In this document: piece after piece, positions 25,449-35,010 of the stretch
Layout of the letters: the number at the start of each line of letters is the position of its first letter
Numbering within the stretch: the first letter of the stretch is position 1
DNA from: Thermoplasmata archaeon
GTDB lineage: Archaea > Thermoplasmatota > Thermoplasmata > Lutacidiplasmatales > UBA184
Assembly (NCBI GenBank): GCA_028864975.1
Contig: JAGWLG010000009.1
Location: 1 to 64,000, forward strand
Length of the DNA: 64,000 bases
Direction: 5' to 3'
Made by a program: the position numbers and the translations under genes
Notes under the pieces: generated by a model
Told to the model about the DNA's origin: nothing
The model's input: only the letters and a program-made list of their open reading frames with translations
The model's database searches: none

Positions 25449-26285
25449 CTACGACGATGGAGGGGGATCCCCTTCCTTCGGGTCCGGGGCGGACGTTTCG
25501 TCGCGCTTCTTCTCCTTCTGCCCCCCCGAGGCGGCCGGGCGATCGAAGATCTGCAGGAAACGAAGCATGTCCTGTTCCAGGACGGACCTCACGTTGGGGT
25601 CGGCCCCGGGTATGGGCCGCTCTGCAGCTCGTGCGGTGGATGCGACAGGCGCGCGTGGCTCCGGTGGCGCAGCGTGAGGGGGGGCCTCGGGACTGCGAAG
25701 CCTTCGGGGGGGAGGAAGGGACGACGGGGAAGGCGCGAGACCGGTCACGGCGATCATGATGTTCGTCCCCGGGAGGCGGATCGCCCGGGTCTGGCCGGAG
25801 GAACTCGTGATGATCGGGACCTTCGGCACGGCCACGACGGGGCCCTGGGGCTCCGTGCCGGCGCCCTCGGGCGCGGGGGTCGGGGGAGAGGGCGCCGGGG
25901 GCGCTGCGGCCGCAGGAGGACGCGCCACAAGTGGCCCCGACTTCCGAACGGTCTTCCCCTCGGCCACGATCTCCTGCACTCGTCGGTAGGCTTTCGAGGC
26001 GAGATCGAACTCCCCCCGGCGATAGAGGATGTCCGCCAGCTCGAGCCAGTGCGAGGTCTCCCAGGGGACGTCACGGACCCGCGCTCTCGCTACGGCGAGA
26101 CCGCTCTGGGCCGGAGGTACCTTGGCCCTAGGAGTTGTGTGCGCGCGGGGGTCGTGGTGACGGCGGGGGTGCGACCCATGACCCCGGTAGAGGGCCCGCC
26201 CCTGGGGGGACGAGGAGGGGCGGAACGCGGGTCGTGTCGCCGATCTGGCCGTCCGCATCGCGGGGCGAGCTCGGCGCGGGGCCAC
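25449..26285 (-). CDS. Hypothetical Pro/Ala-rich protein with one TPR-like repeat
   Basis: WLELADILYRRGEFDLASKAYRRV followed by low-complexity linkers; start uncertain. Confidence 0.55.
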   Translation of the reverse strand: MAPRRARPAMRTARSATRPAFRPSSSPQGRALYRGHGSHPRRHHDPRAHTTPRAKVPPAQSGLAVARARVRDVPWETSHWLELADILYRRGEFDLASKAYRRVQEIVAEGKTVRKSGPLVARPPAAAAPPAPSPPTPAPEGAGTEPQGPVVAVPKVPIITSSSGQTRAIRLPGTNIMIAVTGLAPSPSSLPPPRRLRSPEAPPHAAPPEPRAPVASTARAAERPIPGADPNVRSVLEQDMLRFLQIFDRPAASGGQKEKKRDETSAPDPKEGDPPPSS

Positions 26286-26647
26286 GTCCGTACCACGTCG
26301 GCGGCGCAGATATACGCATGCCTGGACGCGCGCGACCCGCGCAGCGCCCCGAGGGACACTTCCGCAGAGCTGCCTCCTCCCGGCCGACGGGGTCTTGAAA
26401 TACCGGGGGTCCGTGCGAGGGGCCTGAGGACGAGCACATGGCCCCCGATACCGTGTCTGCTGGCTACCATCTCCTTGCGGCCCGGGAATAGGGCCGGTCC
26501 CGCTCTACGACGGTTCCCAACATCGAGGTCCCGGCCCCCTGCGCCGCGGTGGCGTCGTCGTACGTCCTCGATCGAGGTCTCGCGACCTCCCTCTTCTAAG
26601 ACCCCCGGCGCCTCTCGAGGAGCCGCCCCCTCCAGGAGGTACACGTC

Positions 26648-27511
26648 ATGATCCGGATCGCGGTCCCGAACAAGGGGCGTCTGAGGGACCCCACGCTCTC
26701 GCTCCTCGGTCGCGTGGGGCTGAGCCTTCCGACCACGCCGAACGACCGCGGACTCGTCCTGGATGCGGGGGGTGGGCGCTACCGGGTCCTCGCCGTGAAC
26801 GCCCGGGACGTGCCGGAGTACGTGGCGAAGGGCGCCGCGGATTGTGCGATCACGGGCACGGACCTGCTCGCGGAGGCCGGAGGGGGGCTCACCGTCGCGC
26901 TCACGCTCAACTTCGGCAAAGCGCGCCTCGAGCTCGCGGTCCCGGAGGGGTCGGGGGCACGGGACGCGGGGGACCTCCCGTCCGGGACCCGGGTCGCGAC
27001 CTCCTACCCGAACCTGACGAGGGAGTTCTTTCGCGCCCGCCGCCAGGAGGTGGTCCTGGTCCCGGTCTCGGGCGCCGTGGAGGCCGCCCCCGGGATGGGG
27101 ATCGCGGACGCCATCGCGGACCTCGTCGAGACGGGGGCGACGATGCGCAGCAACGCGCTGCGTCCCATCGCGACCCTCTTCAGCAGCAGCGCGGCCGTGG
27201 TCGTCGGCGGCTCCCTCGCCCCGGATGTGCAGGGGGAGGTGGACGAGCTGGTCCTCGCCCTTCAATCCGTGAGCCGCGCGGAGCGTTGCCGCTACCTCAT
27301 GGCCAATGTCCCGAGGGAGGCGCTCTCCGAGCTCTCGGCGCTCCTGCCCGGGGTCAGCGGTCCCACCATCCTGAACCTCCTTGGGCGTGACGACTGGGTC
27401 GCCGTTCACGCGGTCGTCGAGGCGGACGGGGTGAACGGCATCGTCGCGGTGTTGAAGAAACGCGGGGCGACCGGCATCCTGATCTCCCCGCTGGAGAGGA
27501 TGGTCCTGTGA
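26648..27511 (+). CDS. hisG: ATP phosphoribosyltransferase (long form)
   Basis: IAVPNKGRL, ITGTDL, VATSY, GAVEAAP and DLVETG. Confidence 0.95.
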   Translation: MIRIAVPNKGRLRDPTLSLLGRVGLSLPTTPNDRGLVLDAGGGRYRVLAVNARDVPEYVAKGAADCAITGTDLLAEAGGGLTVALTLNFGKARLELAVPEGSGARDAGDLPSGTRVATSYPNLTREFFRARRQEVVLVPVSGAVEAAPGMGIADAIADLVETGATMRSNALRPIATLFSSSAAVVVGGSLAPDVQGEVDELVLALQSVSRAERCRYLMANVPREALSELSALLPGVSGPTILNLLGRDDWVAVHAVVEADGVNGIVAVLKKRGATGILISPLERMVL

Positions 27512-28875
27512 TCGCGGTGCGCCCGCTGGGGCCCGAGGCGCTGCGCTCCGTCGAGCAGGAACGCCGCGACTACCGGACTACGCTCGAAAGCACGCTCGGC
27601 CGCGTACGGCCCGTCCTGGACGCGGTCCGCCGTGAGGGCGACGGGGCGGTGCGGCGGTTCGAGCAGGAGCTCGACCAGTGGGGAGGCCCGCTTCGCGTGA
27701 GCCGAGAGGCGTGGGAGCGAGCGGATGCCCGCACGCCTACCCACGTTCGAAAGGCCCTCTCCACCGCGTTGGAACGGATCCGAGCCTTCCACACGGCCCA
27801 ACACCCTCCCCTGGTCGAGCGCCGCCTCCCTGGGGGGTCGCTCCTCACCTTGAGGTTCCGCCCGCTAGCGAGGGTGGGCACGTATGCCCCCGGGGGCAGG
27901 TTCCCCTACCCCTCCACGGTCCTCATGACCGCGGTCCCTGCCAAGGTCGCGGGGGTCGCCGAGGTCTTCTTGGCGACCCCTCCCCGTAAAGGGGAGACCG
28001 ATGGGCTCGCCCCGGCCATCGCTACGGCCGCCCGCCTCGCGGAGGTGGACCGCATCTACCTGATGGGCGGAGCGGTGGCGGTCGGCGCCTTCGCCTACGG
28101 GACCCCCTCGGTCCCGAGGGTCGACAAGATCGTGGGTCCGGGGAACCGCTACTTCACCGCGGCGAAGCGTGAAGTGGCCGGCGAGGTCGGGATCGACGCG
28201 CTCGCGGGCCCGTCGGAGTCCCTTCTGGTCGTCGACCGGACCGCCCCGTTCGACCTGGTCGTCCGGGAGACGCTCGCCCAGGTCGAGCACGGCGCGGACT
28301 CCCGTGCCCGGGTCGTCGTCTTCGGCGCGAGTCTGGCGGATTCGCTCGCCCGCCGGCTCGAGGCGGAGCTGACGGACCCTGCCACCGCCGAGCAGGTGGA
28401 GGTTTGGGTCGCCCGCGACCTCGCGGAGGCCCGAAGGTTCGCGGAGGCGGTCGCGCCCGAAAGCCTGTTCGTCTGTGTCGAGGACCTGGTCAGCTGGGAG
28501 CGCGACCCACCACCCTGCGGGGCCCTCTTCCTAGGCCCCTGGAGCTCCGTCGCCTTCGGCGATTACGTGACCGGGACGAACCACGTTCTCCCGGTGGAGG
28601 GGAGCGCCAGGTTCGCGAGCTCGCTCACGACCTTCGAGTTCGGGCGCTGGTCCTCCACGCAGAAGCTCACTAAGACCGACGCCGAGGCCCTCGCCGCCCC
28701 GGGGGCGGCCATCGCGGAGGCGGAAGGCCTGAACGCGCACGCCGAGGCCATGCGCGCGCGGACCCGCCCATGGGCGCCGAACCCCGCGATCGCTCCCTCC
28801 CCCCCACCCTCCCCTGCGGCCGGCGCCGCGGTCGGAACGCCCCCTCCCCCCCGTTCCCGGAGGCGGCATGGCTAG
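27508..28875 (+). CDS. hisD: Histidinol dehydrogenase
   Basis: YAPGG, DKIVGPGNRY, IDALAGPSE and GDYVTGTNHVLP. Confidence 0.92.
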   Translation: MIAVRPLGPEALRSVEQERRDYRTTLESTLGRVRPVLDAVRREGDGAVRRFEQELDQWGGPLRVSREAWERADARTPTHVRKALSTALERIRAFHTAQHPPLVERRLPGGSLLTLRFRPLARVGTYAPGGRFPYPSTVLMTAVPAKVAGVAEVFLATPPRKGETDGLAPAIATAARLAEVDRIYLMGGAVAVGAFAYGTPSVPRVDKIVGPGNRYFTAAKREVAGEVGIDALAGPSESLLVVDRTAPFDLVVRETLAQVEHGADSRARVVVFGASLADSLARRLEAELTDPATAEQVEVWVARDLAEARRFAEAVAPESLFVCVEDLVSWERDPPPCGALFLGPWSSVAFGDYVTGTNHVLPVEGSARFASSLTTFEFGRWSSTQKLTKTDAEALAAPGAAIAEAEGLNAHAEAMRARTRPWAPNPAIAPSPPPSPAAGAAVGTPPPPRSRRRHG

Positions 28876-30049
28876 CTCGCGCGCGGGGCCCGCCCGCGGT
28901 CCAACGGCGACCCCTTGGCAGGAGGTAGGGCCCGGGCTTCTCCCCCCCGAGAGCCCGGTCTACTTCGACCGAGACCCGAAGCTGCTCCGACTGGACCAGA
29001 ACACGAACCCGCTCGCCCCCTCGGTCGTGAAGGAAGTTGCGAGGATCGTCGAGCGCGCTCAGCTCCAACGCTACGGGAGCGCCCGTGGTGGCCGCCTGCG
29101 CAAGGCCCTGGCAGAGCGCGCGGGGCTCCCCGAGGACCAGGTGATCGTGGGGAACGGTTCGGACGAGCTCCTCGACACTGTCGCCCGCGCCTATCTCGGC
29201 CCAGGACGAAGGGCCGCGATGTACCGTCCCGGGTACGACCTCCATGCCTTCTTCGCCCTCCGCGAGGGCGCGAGCGTGAGGGAGCTGCTCGTGGAGCCCT
29301 TCTCCACCCTCCCCCCGGGGAGGGAGGGCCCCTTCGTCTTCCCCGACCCGCCGGGGTTCCTGGAGGAGGTCGACGTCCTGTTCCACTCCGCTCCGCACAA
29401 CCCTCTGGGCTCGAGGCTCCCCCGGGAGCAGCTCCACCGGTGGGCGACGGCCCTCGAGGACGGGGTCCTCGTGGTGGACGAGGCCTACGCGGAGTTCTGC
29501 GAGCGAGAACCGACCGGCCCTGGTGAGCTCTGGTCGGCAGGGGCGGAGCACGCGAACGTGTTCTTCACGCGAACCTTCTCGAAGGCCTGGGGACTCGCAG
29601 GTCTGCGCGTGGGGTGGGGGGTCGCCCCTTCCCCGGTCATCGGACGTCTCGAGCGCTTCCGCATCCCGTACACCCTCGACTCCTTCGCAGAAGAGCTCGC
29701 GCTCGCGGCCCTGGAGGACCCCTCGTTCCTGGAAGAGAGCGTGCGAAGGGTGGCGGTGCAGCGCGAGGTCCTCGAGCGAGGGTTGCGCGAGCGCGGGTTC
29801 CGTACCCTTCCTTCCTCCGCCAACTTCCTCTTTTGCTACCCTCCCACGGACGGCCAGAAGCTATGGGAGGGTCTGAGGGATCGCGGGATCCTGGTGCGGC
29901 GCGTCTCGCCGACCCCTTCCTGTCGCCTCCCCCTTCGGGTCACGGTGGGGCTCGCGGAGGACCACGAGCGCCTGTTCGAAGCGCTCGACGAGGTCCTGGA
30001 AGCCGAAGGGACCCCCGTTCCCGCCCCCACGAGGAAGAGGCGACGATGA
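28868..30049 (+). CDS. hisC: Histidinol-phosphate aminotransferase
   Basis: LDQNTNP, GNGSDE, VDEAYAEF and RTFSKAWGLAGLRVG. Confidence 0.93.
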   Translation: MASSRAGPARGPTATPWQEVGPGLLPPESPVYFDRDPKLLRLDQNTNPLAPSVVKEVARIVERAQLQRYGSARGGRLRKALAERAGLPEDQVIVGNGSDELLDTVARAYLGPGRRAAMYRPGYDLHAFFALREGASVRELLVEPFSTLPPGREGPFVFPDPPGFLEEVDVLFHSAPHNPLGSRLPREQLHRWATALEDGVLVVDEAYAEFCEREPTGPGELWSAGAEHANVFFTRTFSKAWGLAGLRVGWGVAPSPVIGRLERFRIPYTLDSFAEELALAALEDPSFLEESVRRVAVQREVLERGLRERGFRTLPSSANFLFCYPPTDGQKLWEGLRDRGILVRRVSPTPSCRLPLRVTVGLAEDHERLFEALDEVLEAEGTPVPAPTRKRRR

Positions 30050-30660
30050 AGGTCACCCTTCTGCGGACCCCCGCGGGGAACTTCGGACGCCTTCGACGGG
30101 GGCTCGAGCGGGAGAGGGCCCGGGTCGACGAGCGGTCCCCTCGTGAGGTCACAGGGAACGAGCGTGCGGTCGTGCTCGCAGGGGTGAGCTCGTTCACCAC
30201 GCTTTCCCGAAGCCTCGCGCCCGCCCGCTCCACGCTCCGGCGGATGGTGGAGGCCGGGGTCCCCCTGATGGGGGTGTGCGCCGGGATGCAGGTCCTCTTC
30301 GGCTCCAGCGAGGAGGGGCCAGGGCGCGGTCTCGACCTCCTCTCGGGCCGAGTGCGTCGGTTGCGGGCACGACGGGTCCCCAACCTCGGCTGGAGCCGCC
30401 TGGCTCGGACCGACGGGGAGGGTCGTCGTCTGATGGAAGGGGTGGCGGAGGGGAGCTACGCGTACTTCGCTCACTCCTACCGTGTCCCTGCGCTCGCCCA
30501 AGGTGCCGCCACGACCACGGAGTACCGCGGGGAGGACTTCCCATCGGCCCTCGAGCACGGGAACCTCTGGGGTCTGCAGTTCCACCCCGAGGTCTCCTCC
30601 TCGACGGGGACGAAGGTCCTGCGGAACTTCATCGCCTACGCCGAAGAGGCATCCCGATGA
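30046..30660 (+). CDS. hisH: Imidazole glycerol phosphate synthase glutaminase subunit
   Basis: GVCAGMQ, YFAHSY and QFHPE. Confidence 0.92.
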   Translation: MKVTLLRTPAGNFGRLRRGLERERARVDERSPREVTGNERAVVLAGVSSFTTLSRSLAPARSTLRRMVEAGVPLMGVCAGMQVLFGSSEEGPGRGLDLLSGRVRRLRARRVPNLGWSRLARTDGEGRRLMEGVAEGSYAYFAHSYRVPALAQGAATTTEYRGEDFPSALEHGNLWGLQFHPEVSSSTGTKVLRNFIAYAEEASR

Positions 30661-31364
30661 TCGTGCTTCCATCGATCGACATCGAGGGCGGACGCGCGGT
30701 GAAGCGGGAGCGCGGGGAGCGTGGCACCGGCCTCACGGACCTCGGGGACCCGCTCGAGCTCGCGCAGCACTGGCAACGCTCCGGGGCCAAGGGGCTTCAC
30801 GTGGCGGACCTGGACGGCGCGGAGGGTTCCGGTCGGAACCGCGAGGTCATCCTACGGCTGATTCGGGCCTCCAAGACCCCCGTCCAAGTGGGGGGAGGGG
30901 TCCGCGAGATCGCGGACCTCGAGGAGCTCCTCCACGCCGGTGCCTGGAGAGCCCTGCTCTCCACACGGGGATGGAGCGATCCGGAGTGGCTGAAGGGAGT
31001 GAGCGCGCGTTTCGGCCCCCGGGTGGGGTTGTCGTTCGATGTGCGCGCGGGGCGGCTCCTGCTCCGAGGGTGGAAAGAGGCGGGTCCGACCGTCGAGGAG
31101 GGACTTCGGATCGCGGGCGAAGCCGGGATCGGCTTCCTGCTCTTCACCGACGTGGCGCGCGAGGGCCGTTCCGGCGGCATCGACCGTACCACGGTACGGG
31201 AGCTCCGCGACCGGTACGACGGCGACCTGTACGTCGCCGGGGGTGTGGCTTCGGTGGAAGAGGTTCGCGCGCTCGCCTCCGCAGGGGTGGACGGGGTGAT
31301 CGTGGGAAGGGCCCTCTACGATGGGAAGGTCCCCCTCTCCGCGCTTCGGGAGGAGTTCTCGTGA
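30657..31364 (+). CDS. hisA: ProFAR isomerase
   Basis: LPSIDIEGG, HVADLDGA, QVGGGVR and VAGGV. Confidence 0.92.
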   Translation: MIVLPSIDIEGGRAVKRERGERGTGLTDLGDPLELAQHWQRSGAKGLHVADLDGAEGSGRNREVILRLIRASKTPVQVGGGVREIADLEELLHAGAWRALLSTRGWSDPEWLKGVSARFGPRVGLSFDVRAGRLLLRGWKEAGPTVEEGLRIAGEAGIGFLLFTDVAREGRSGGIDRTTVRELRDRYDGDLYVAGGVASVEEVRALASAGVDGVIVGRALYDGKVPLSALREEFS

Positions 31365-31993
31365 CCTCCCACGGTCGGACGGGTCCGGCCCCCGGGCGTC
31401 GGACGAACTCGGCGGGGACCTGGTCCGAGGTCCACCTTACCCGTCGAAGCGACGAAACGACGGTCACGCTCGCGCTACGCCCTTCCCACGGCGGACGAGA
31501 GGAGGTCCACGTGGAGCTCCCGGACCCGTTGCTCGCCCACGCCGTCGAGAGTTTCGCCTCGTGGGCGGGGATCGGTCTACGCCTCCAGGCCAAGGGGGAC
31601 GACGTCCATCACGCGACCGAGGACGCGGCGATCGTGCTCGGACGGGCGCTCCAGAAGGCGCTGGGGGACCGTCCGCGGCGCCGCGTCGGGTCGGCGACGG
31701 TCCCGATGGACGACGCTCGGGCGCGGGTCGACGTCGCGCTCGACGTCGGTGGGCGCTCGTACTTCTCCCTCCAGGGCGAGCTGCCCCCCATGGTCGTGCA
31801 CTTCCTCCGCTCCCTGGCGGACGAGGCGCGCTTCACGCTCCATGTGGAGCGCCGCGCGGGATTCGACGAGCACCACGTGGTCGAGGCGACCTTCAAGGCC
31901 TTCGGGCTCGCGTTCCAAGAAGCCTCGCAGCCACTCGACCAAGCGCGCAGTCGGAAGGGCACCGTGGTCTGGGAGGACCGGAGCCCATGGTAG
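31361..31993 (+). CDS. hisB: Imidazoleglycerol-phosphate dehydratase
   Basis: HHATED, PMDD and HHVVEATFKAFG. Confidence 0.92.
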   Translation: MTSHGRTGPAPGRRTNSAGTWSEVHLTRRSDETTVTLALRPSHGGREEVHVELPDPLLAHAVESFASWAGIGLRLQAKGDDVHHATEDAAIVLGRALQKALGDRPRRRVGSATVPMDDARARVDVALDVGGRSYFSLQGELPPMVVHFLRSLADEARFTLHVERRAGFDEHHVVEATFKAFGLAFQEASQPLDQARSRKGTVVWEDRSPW

Positions 31994-32742
31994 CGAAACG
32001 GATCGTTCCCTGCCTGGACCTGACGGACCAGGGGGTCGTGAAGGGGGTCCACTTCCGGCATCTGCGGCAGATGGGCGATCCCTTGGAGCTCGCTCGACGC
32101 TACGAGCGGGAGGGCGCGGACGAAGTGGTGCTGCTGAAGGTCGACGCGTGGCGGGGCCGAGGGCTCTCCCCCAAGCTGCTCGCCCGGACCTCGCGGGAGC
32201 TCAGCATCCCGCTCACCGTCGGAGGAGGTGTGGGGAGCGTGGAGCAGGCCGAAGAGCTCCTCTCCGCCGGCGCCGACCGGGTGTCGTTCAATTCGCTCGC
32301 GCTTGAGCGCCCTCAGGTCCTGACCGAGGCGGCCGACCGGTTCGGACGGCAGGCGGTCGTGCTCGCCATCGACGCCCATCGAGAAGGGAGGGGCCCGGCG
32401 ACGGTCTACGCGCGCGGGGGTACCCTTCGCGAAGGGTGGAGCGCCGCGGCCTGGGCGAAGGAAGGGGAGCGTCGGGGGGCGGGGGAGGTCCTGCTCACGA
32501 GCATCGACCGCGATGGGACCCACCGAGGGTACGACCTACCGTTGCTGCGGGCGGTCCGGCGCTCGGTCCGCATACCGATCATGGCGTCGGGAGGGGCGGC
32601 CGGTCCTCGATCGTTCTTCGACGCGTTCGAGAACGCCGGGGCCGACGCCGCACTCGCCGCGGGGATCTTCCACCGGGGAGAATGCACCGTCGGAGAAGTG
32701 AAGGATTACCTCTCGTCGCGCGGGATCGAGGTCCGACGATGA
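31987..32742 (+). CDS. hisF: Imidazole glycerol phosphate synthase cyclase subunit
   Basis: RIVPCLD, VVKG, LTSIDRDGT and MASGG. Confidence 0.95.
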   Translation: MVAKRIVPCLDLTDQGVVKGVHFRHLRQMGDPLELARRYEREGADEVVLLKVDAWRGRGLSPKLLARTSRELSIPLTVGGGVGSVEQAEELLSAGADRVSFNSLALERPQVLTEAADRFGRQAVVLAIDAHREGRGPATVYARGGTLREGWSAAAWAKEGERRGAGEVLLTSIDRDGTHRGYDLPLLRAVRRSVRIPIMASGGAAGPRSFFDAFENAGADAALAAGIFHRGECTVGEVKDYLSSRGIEVRR

Positions 32743-33431
32743 CCGACCGTGCCCCGAAGATCGAGGGACGCGCCTCCCGTCCCGACTTTCAGGACGGCAC
32801 CTTGCTACCCACCGTGGTCCAGGACGTCCGCGACGGAACGGTTCTGATGGTCGCCTACTCGCGGGCCGACTCCTGGCGAGAGATGCTCAGGACCGGGAAG
32901 CTCACCCTCTTCAGCCGCTCGCGGGCCCGGATCTGGACCAAGGGGGAGTCTTCTGGCAACACCGCGAAGGTCGTCGCAGTGGGCGTGGACTGCGACCGGG
33001 ACGCCCTGCTCGTCAAGGTCCTCCCCCGAGGGCCCATGTGCCACACCGGTACCCGAAGTTGTTTCGGGGAGACGCTGCCCCTCGAGGACCTCCAGGTCGC
33101 CCCCCAGGTGCGGCGGTTGGAGGAGCTCATCAACACCCGACGGCGGAAGGCGAGCCGCGGCTCGTACACCCGAAAACTGCTCCGGGACGAGACGATGCGC
33201 CTCAAGAAGGTCGGGGAGGAAGCGAGCGAGCTTCTGGTCGCTGCCGCCCAGCGGGACCGACGTCAGGTCGTCTGGGAGGCTGCGGACCTGCTCTACCACA
33301 CGACGGTCCTCCTCCGCGCTGCGGGCGTCGGCTGGGACCAAGTGCACGATGAGCTCTCCCGGCGAGCCCGCCCATCCTCGCGGCGTCAACGCGTCCCGCC
33401 CCGTTCGCGGGCAGGAGGTCGGAGAGCGTGA
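32739..33431 (+). CDS. hisIE: Bifunctional phosphoribosyl-AMP cyclohydrolase / phosphoribosyl-ATP pyrophosphatase
   Basis: KGESSGN, DCDRDA, CHTGTRSCF, KKVGEE and EAADLLYH. Confidence 0.95.
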   Translation: MTDRAPKIEGRASRPDFQDGTLLPTVVQDVRDGTVLMVAYSRADSWREMLRTGKLTLFSRSRARIWTKGESSGNTAKVVAVGVDCDRDALLVKVLPRGPMCHTGTRSCFGETLPLEDLQVAPQVRRLEELINTRRRKASRGSYTRKLLRDETMRLKKVGEEASELLVAAAQRDRRQVVWEAADLLYHTTVLLRAAGVGWDQVHDELSRRARPSSRRQRVPPRSRAGGRRA

Positions 33432-34069
33432 CCTCAATGGCGTTCCGACCCCCCGTGGTCCTTCAAGGCCGCTGGGTCGCGCTCGTCCCGCTCTCTCGCG
33501 AGCACCTTCCCCAGCTCATCAAGGCCGGGACCGATCCGCAGATCTGGTCGTACATGCGCTACGGGCCCCGGACCTCGCCGAAGAGCATGGAGGAGCTCGT
33601 CGACCTTCTCTTGCGGCTCCAAGAGAAGGGGACGGACCTCGCTTTCACGACGTTCTACCGCCCTGAGGGGGTCGCCGTCGGGATGACGCGATTCCTCGAC
33701 ATCCGTCGAGAGGACCGGGGCGTGGAGATCGGGGGCACCTGGATCGCCCCTCGGCTCTGGAGGACCCCCGTGAACACCGAATCCAAGTATCTCCTCCTCC
33801 GGCACGCTTTCGAGGTGGAAGGGTGTCTCAGGGTCCAGTTCAAGACCGACCTGCGGAACGTTCGCTCCCAGCGGGCCATCGAGAGACTGGGAGCGGTCAA
33901 GGAGGGGGTCTTCCGCAAGCACATGGCCCTCCCGAACGGCCTCGTCCGGGACTCGGTCTTCTACAGCCTCACCGACGACGACTGGCCCACCGTGAAAGCC
34001 CGTCTTGAGGGGTTCTTGGAAAGGGGATGGACGGAGCGGACCGAGGAGCCCTTGGGCCGCCCCGAGTGA
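33428..34069 (+). CDS. GNAT (RimJ/RimL-type) N-acetyltransferase
   Basis: EIGGTW, NTESKYLLL and RNVRSQRAIERLGA. Confidence 0.9.
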   Translation: MTSMAFRPPVVLQGRWVALVPLSREHLPQLIKAGTDPQIWSYMRYGPRTSPKSMEELVDLLLRLQEKGTDLAFTTFYRPEGVAVGMTRFLDIRREDRGVEIGGTWIAPRLWRTPVNTESKYLLLRHAFEVEGCLRVQFKTDLRNVRSQRAIERLGAVKEGVFRKHMALPNGLVRDSVFYSLTDDDWPTVKARLEGFLERGWTERTEEPLGRPE

Positions 34070-34110
34070 GCTGTCGCGAGGGGCACCTCGGCATCCCCCC
34101 CGGGCGCCAC

Positions 34111-34118
34111 TTATATAC
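34111..34118 (+). promoter_or_regulatory. TATA-box candidate for atpK-E-C
   Basis: TTATATAC about 35-40 nt upstream of the atpK ATG in GC-rich context. Confidence 0.5.
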
Positions 34119-34152
34119 CGACAAGAATAGGCCGCTCGAAGGTCGACACCCT

Positions 34153-34383
34153 ATGGCCGTGGACCCAGGCGCAGCTATGCTCGCCATCGCCGCATCGATC
34201 GCCATCGCGGGAGGACTTATCGGGACGGGCATGGCCCAGTCCGGTATCGGCGCCTCCGGGATGGGTATCATCGCGGAGCGGCCCGAGAAGTTCGGTCAAG
34301 TGCTCGTGTTCTTCGTGATCCCCGAGACGCTATGGATCCTAGGTTTCGTACTAGGGATCCTGCTGCTCCTGCAGATCCTCTGA
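34153..34383 (+). CDS. atpK: A-type ATP synthase proteolipid subunit K/c (single hairpin)
   Basis: Two transmembrane helices, with IPETL containing the conserved carboxylate. Confidence 0.92.
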   Translation: MAVDPGAAMLAIAASIAIAGGLIGTGMAQSGIGASGMGIIAERPEKFGQVLVFFVIPETLWILGFVLGILLLLQIL

Positions 34384-34422
34384 ACCGCTCCGTCCGGAGA
34401 GCGGGAGCGTGAGGCCCAACCG

Positions 34423-34980
34423 ATGACCCTCGACTCGCTCGTCAAGGAGATCGAGACCCGCTCCGCGAAGGAGGTTCGGGAGCTCGAAGCGAAGCTCGAG
34501 GGCGAGCGCCGGGCCATCGAGGAAACCGCCCGCACCGAGTCCGAGCGGATGCGCGCGGAATCGGAGAAGAAGGCCCAGATCGAGGCCGCCCGGGAGAAGG
34601 CGCGGCTCGTCGCCTCGGCCAAGCTGCAAGCGAAGAAGGTCCTCTTCGAGGCCCGTGAGAAGCGGACCGCGGCCGCCCTGGAGGAGGTCCGGCTTCGCCT
34701 CGGGGCCTACGCGAAGGGTCCCGAGTACGGGCCCTTGCTTTCCGGGATGGTCTCGGCCGGCAGCACAGCCCTCGGCGGCGACGTCCGCATCCTCGCCCGA
34801 CCGGAGGACGTGTCGCTCCTCCCGGCCAAGATGCGCGCCCTGGTCGACACCGCGCGACCGCTCCGCGGCATGGGGGGGCTCGTGGTGGAGAAGAAGGACG
34901 GGAGCCGGTCGCTCAACTTCACCTTCGAAGAGCTGCTCCGCCTCCGTGAGGACCGGGTCCGGGAGATCCTCTCCCGCTAG
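34423..34980 (+). CDS. atpE: A-type ATP synthase subunit E
   Basis: Coiled-coil N-terminus, MGGLVVE and NFTFEE; position after atpK. Confidence 0.85.
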   Translation: MTLDSLVKEIETRSAKEVRELEAKLEGERRAIEETARTESERMRAESEKKAQIEAAREKARLVASAKLQAKKVLFEAREKRTAAALEEVRLRLGAYAKGPEYGPLLSGMVSAGSTALGGDVRILARPEDVSLLPAKMRALVDTARPLRGMGGLVVEKKDGSRSLNFTFEELLRLREDRVREILSR

Positions 34981-35010
34981 GGACGCGAAGAAGGGGGGCC
35001 CCCGCGGTCG

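Noticed and set aside
25449-26285. Pro/Ala-rich stretches as DNA tandem repeats (also 38740-39300)
   Set aside because: This is low-complexity protein coding without a fixed nucleotide repeat unit
26286-26647. His-rich attenuator leader before hisG
   Set aside because: The short ORFs there have no run of His codons, and no terminator/antiterminator pair was recognised
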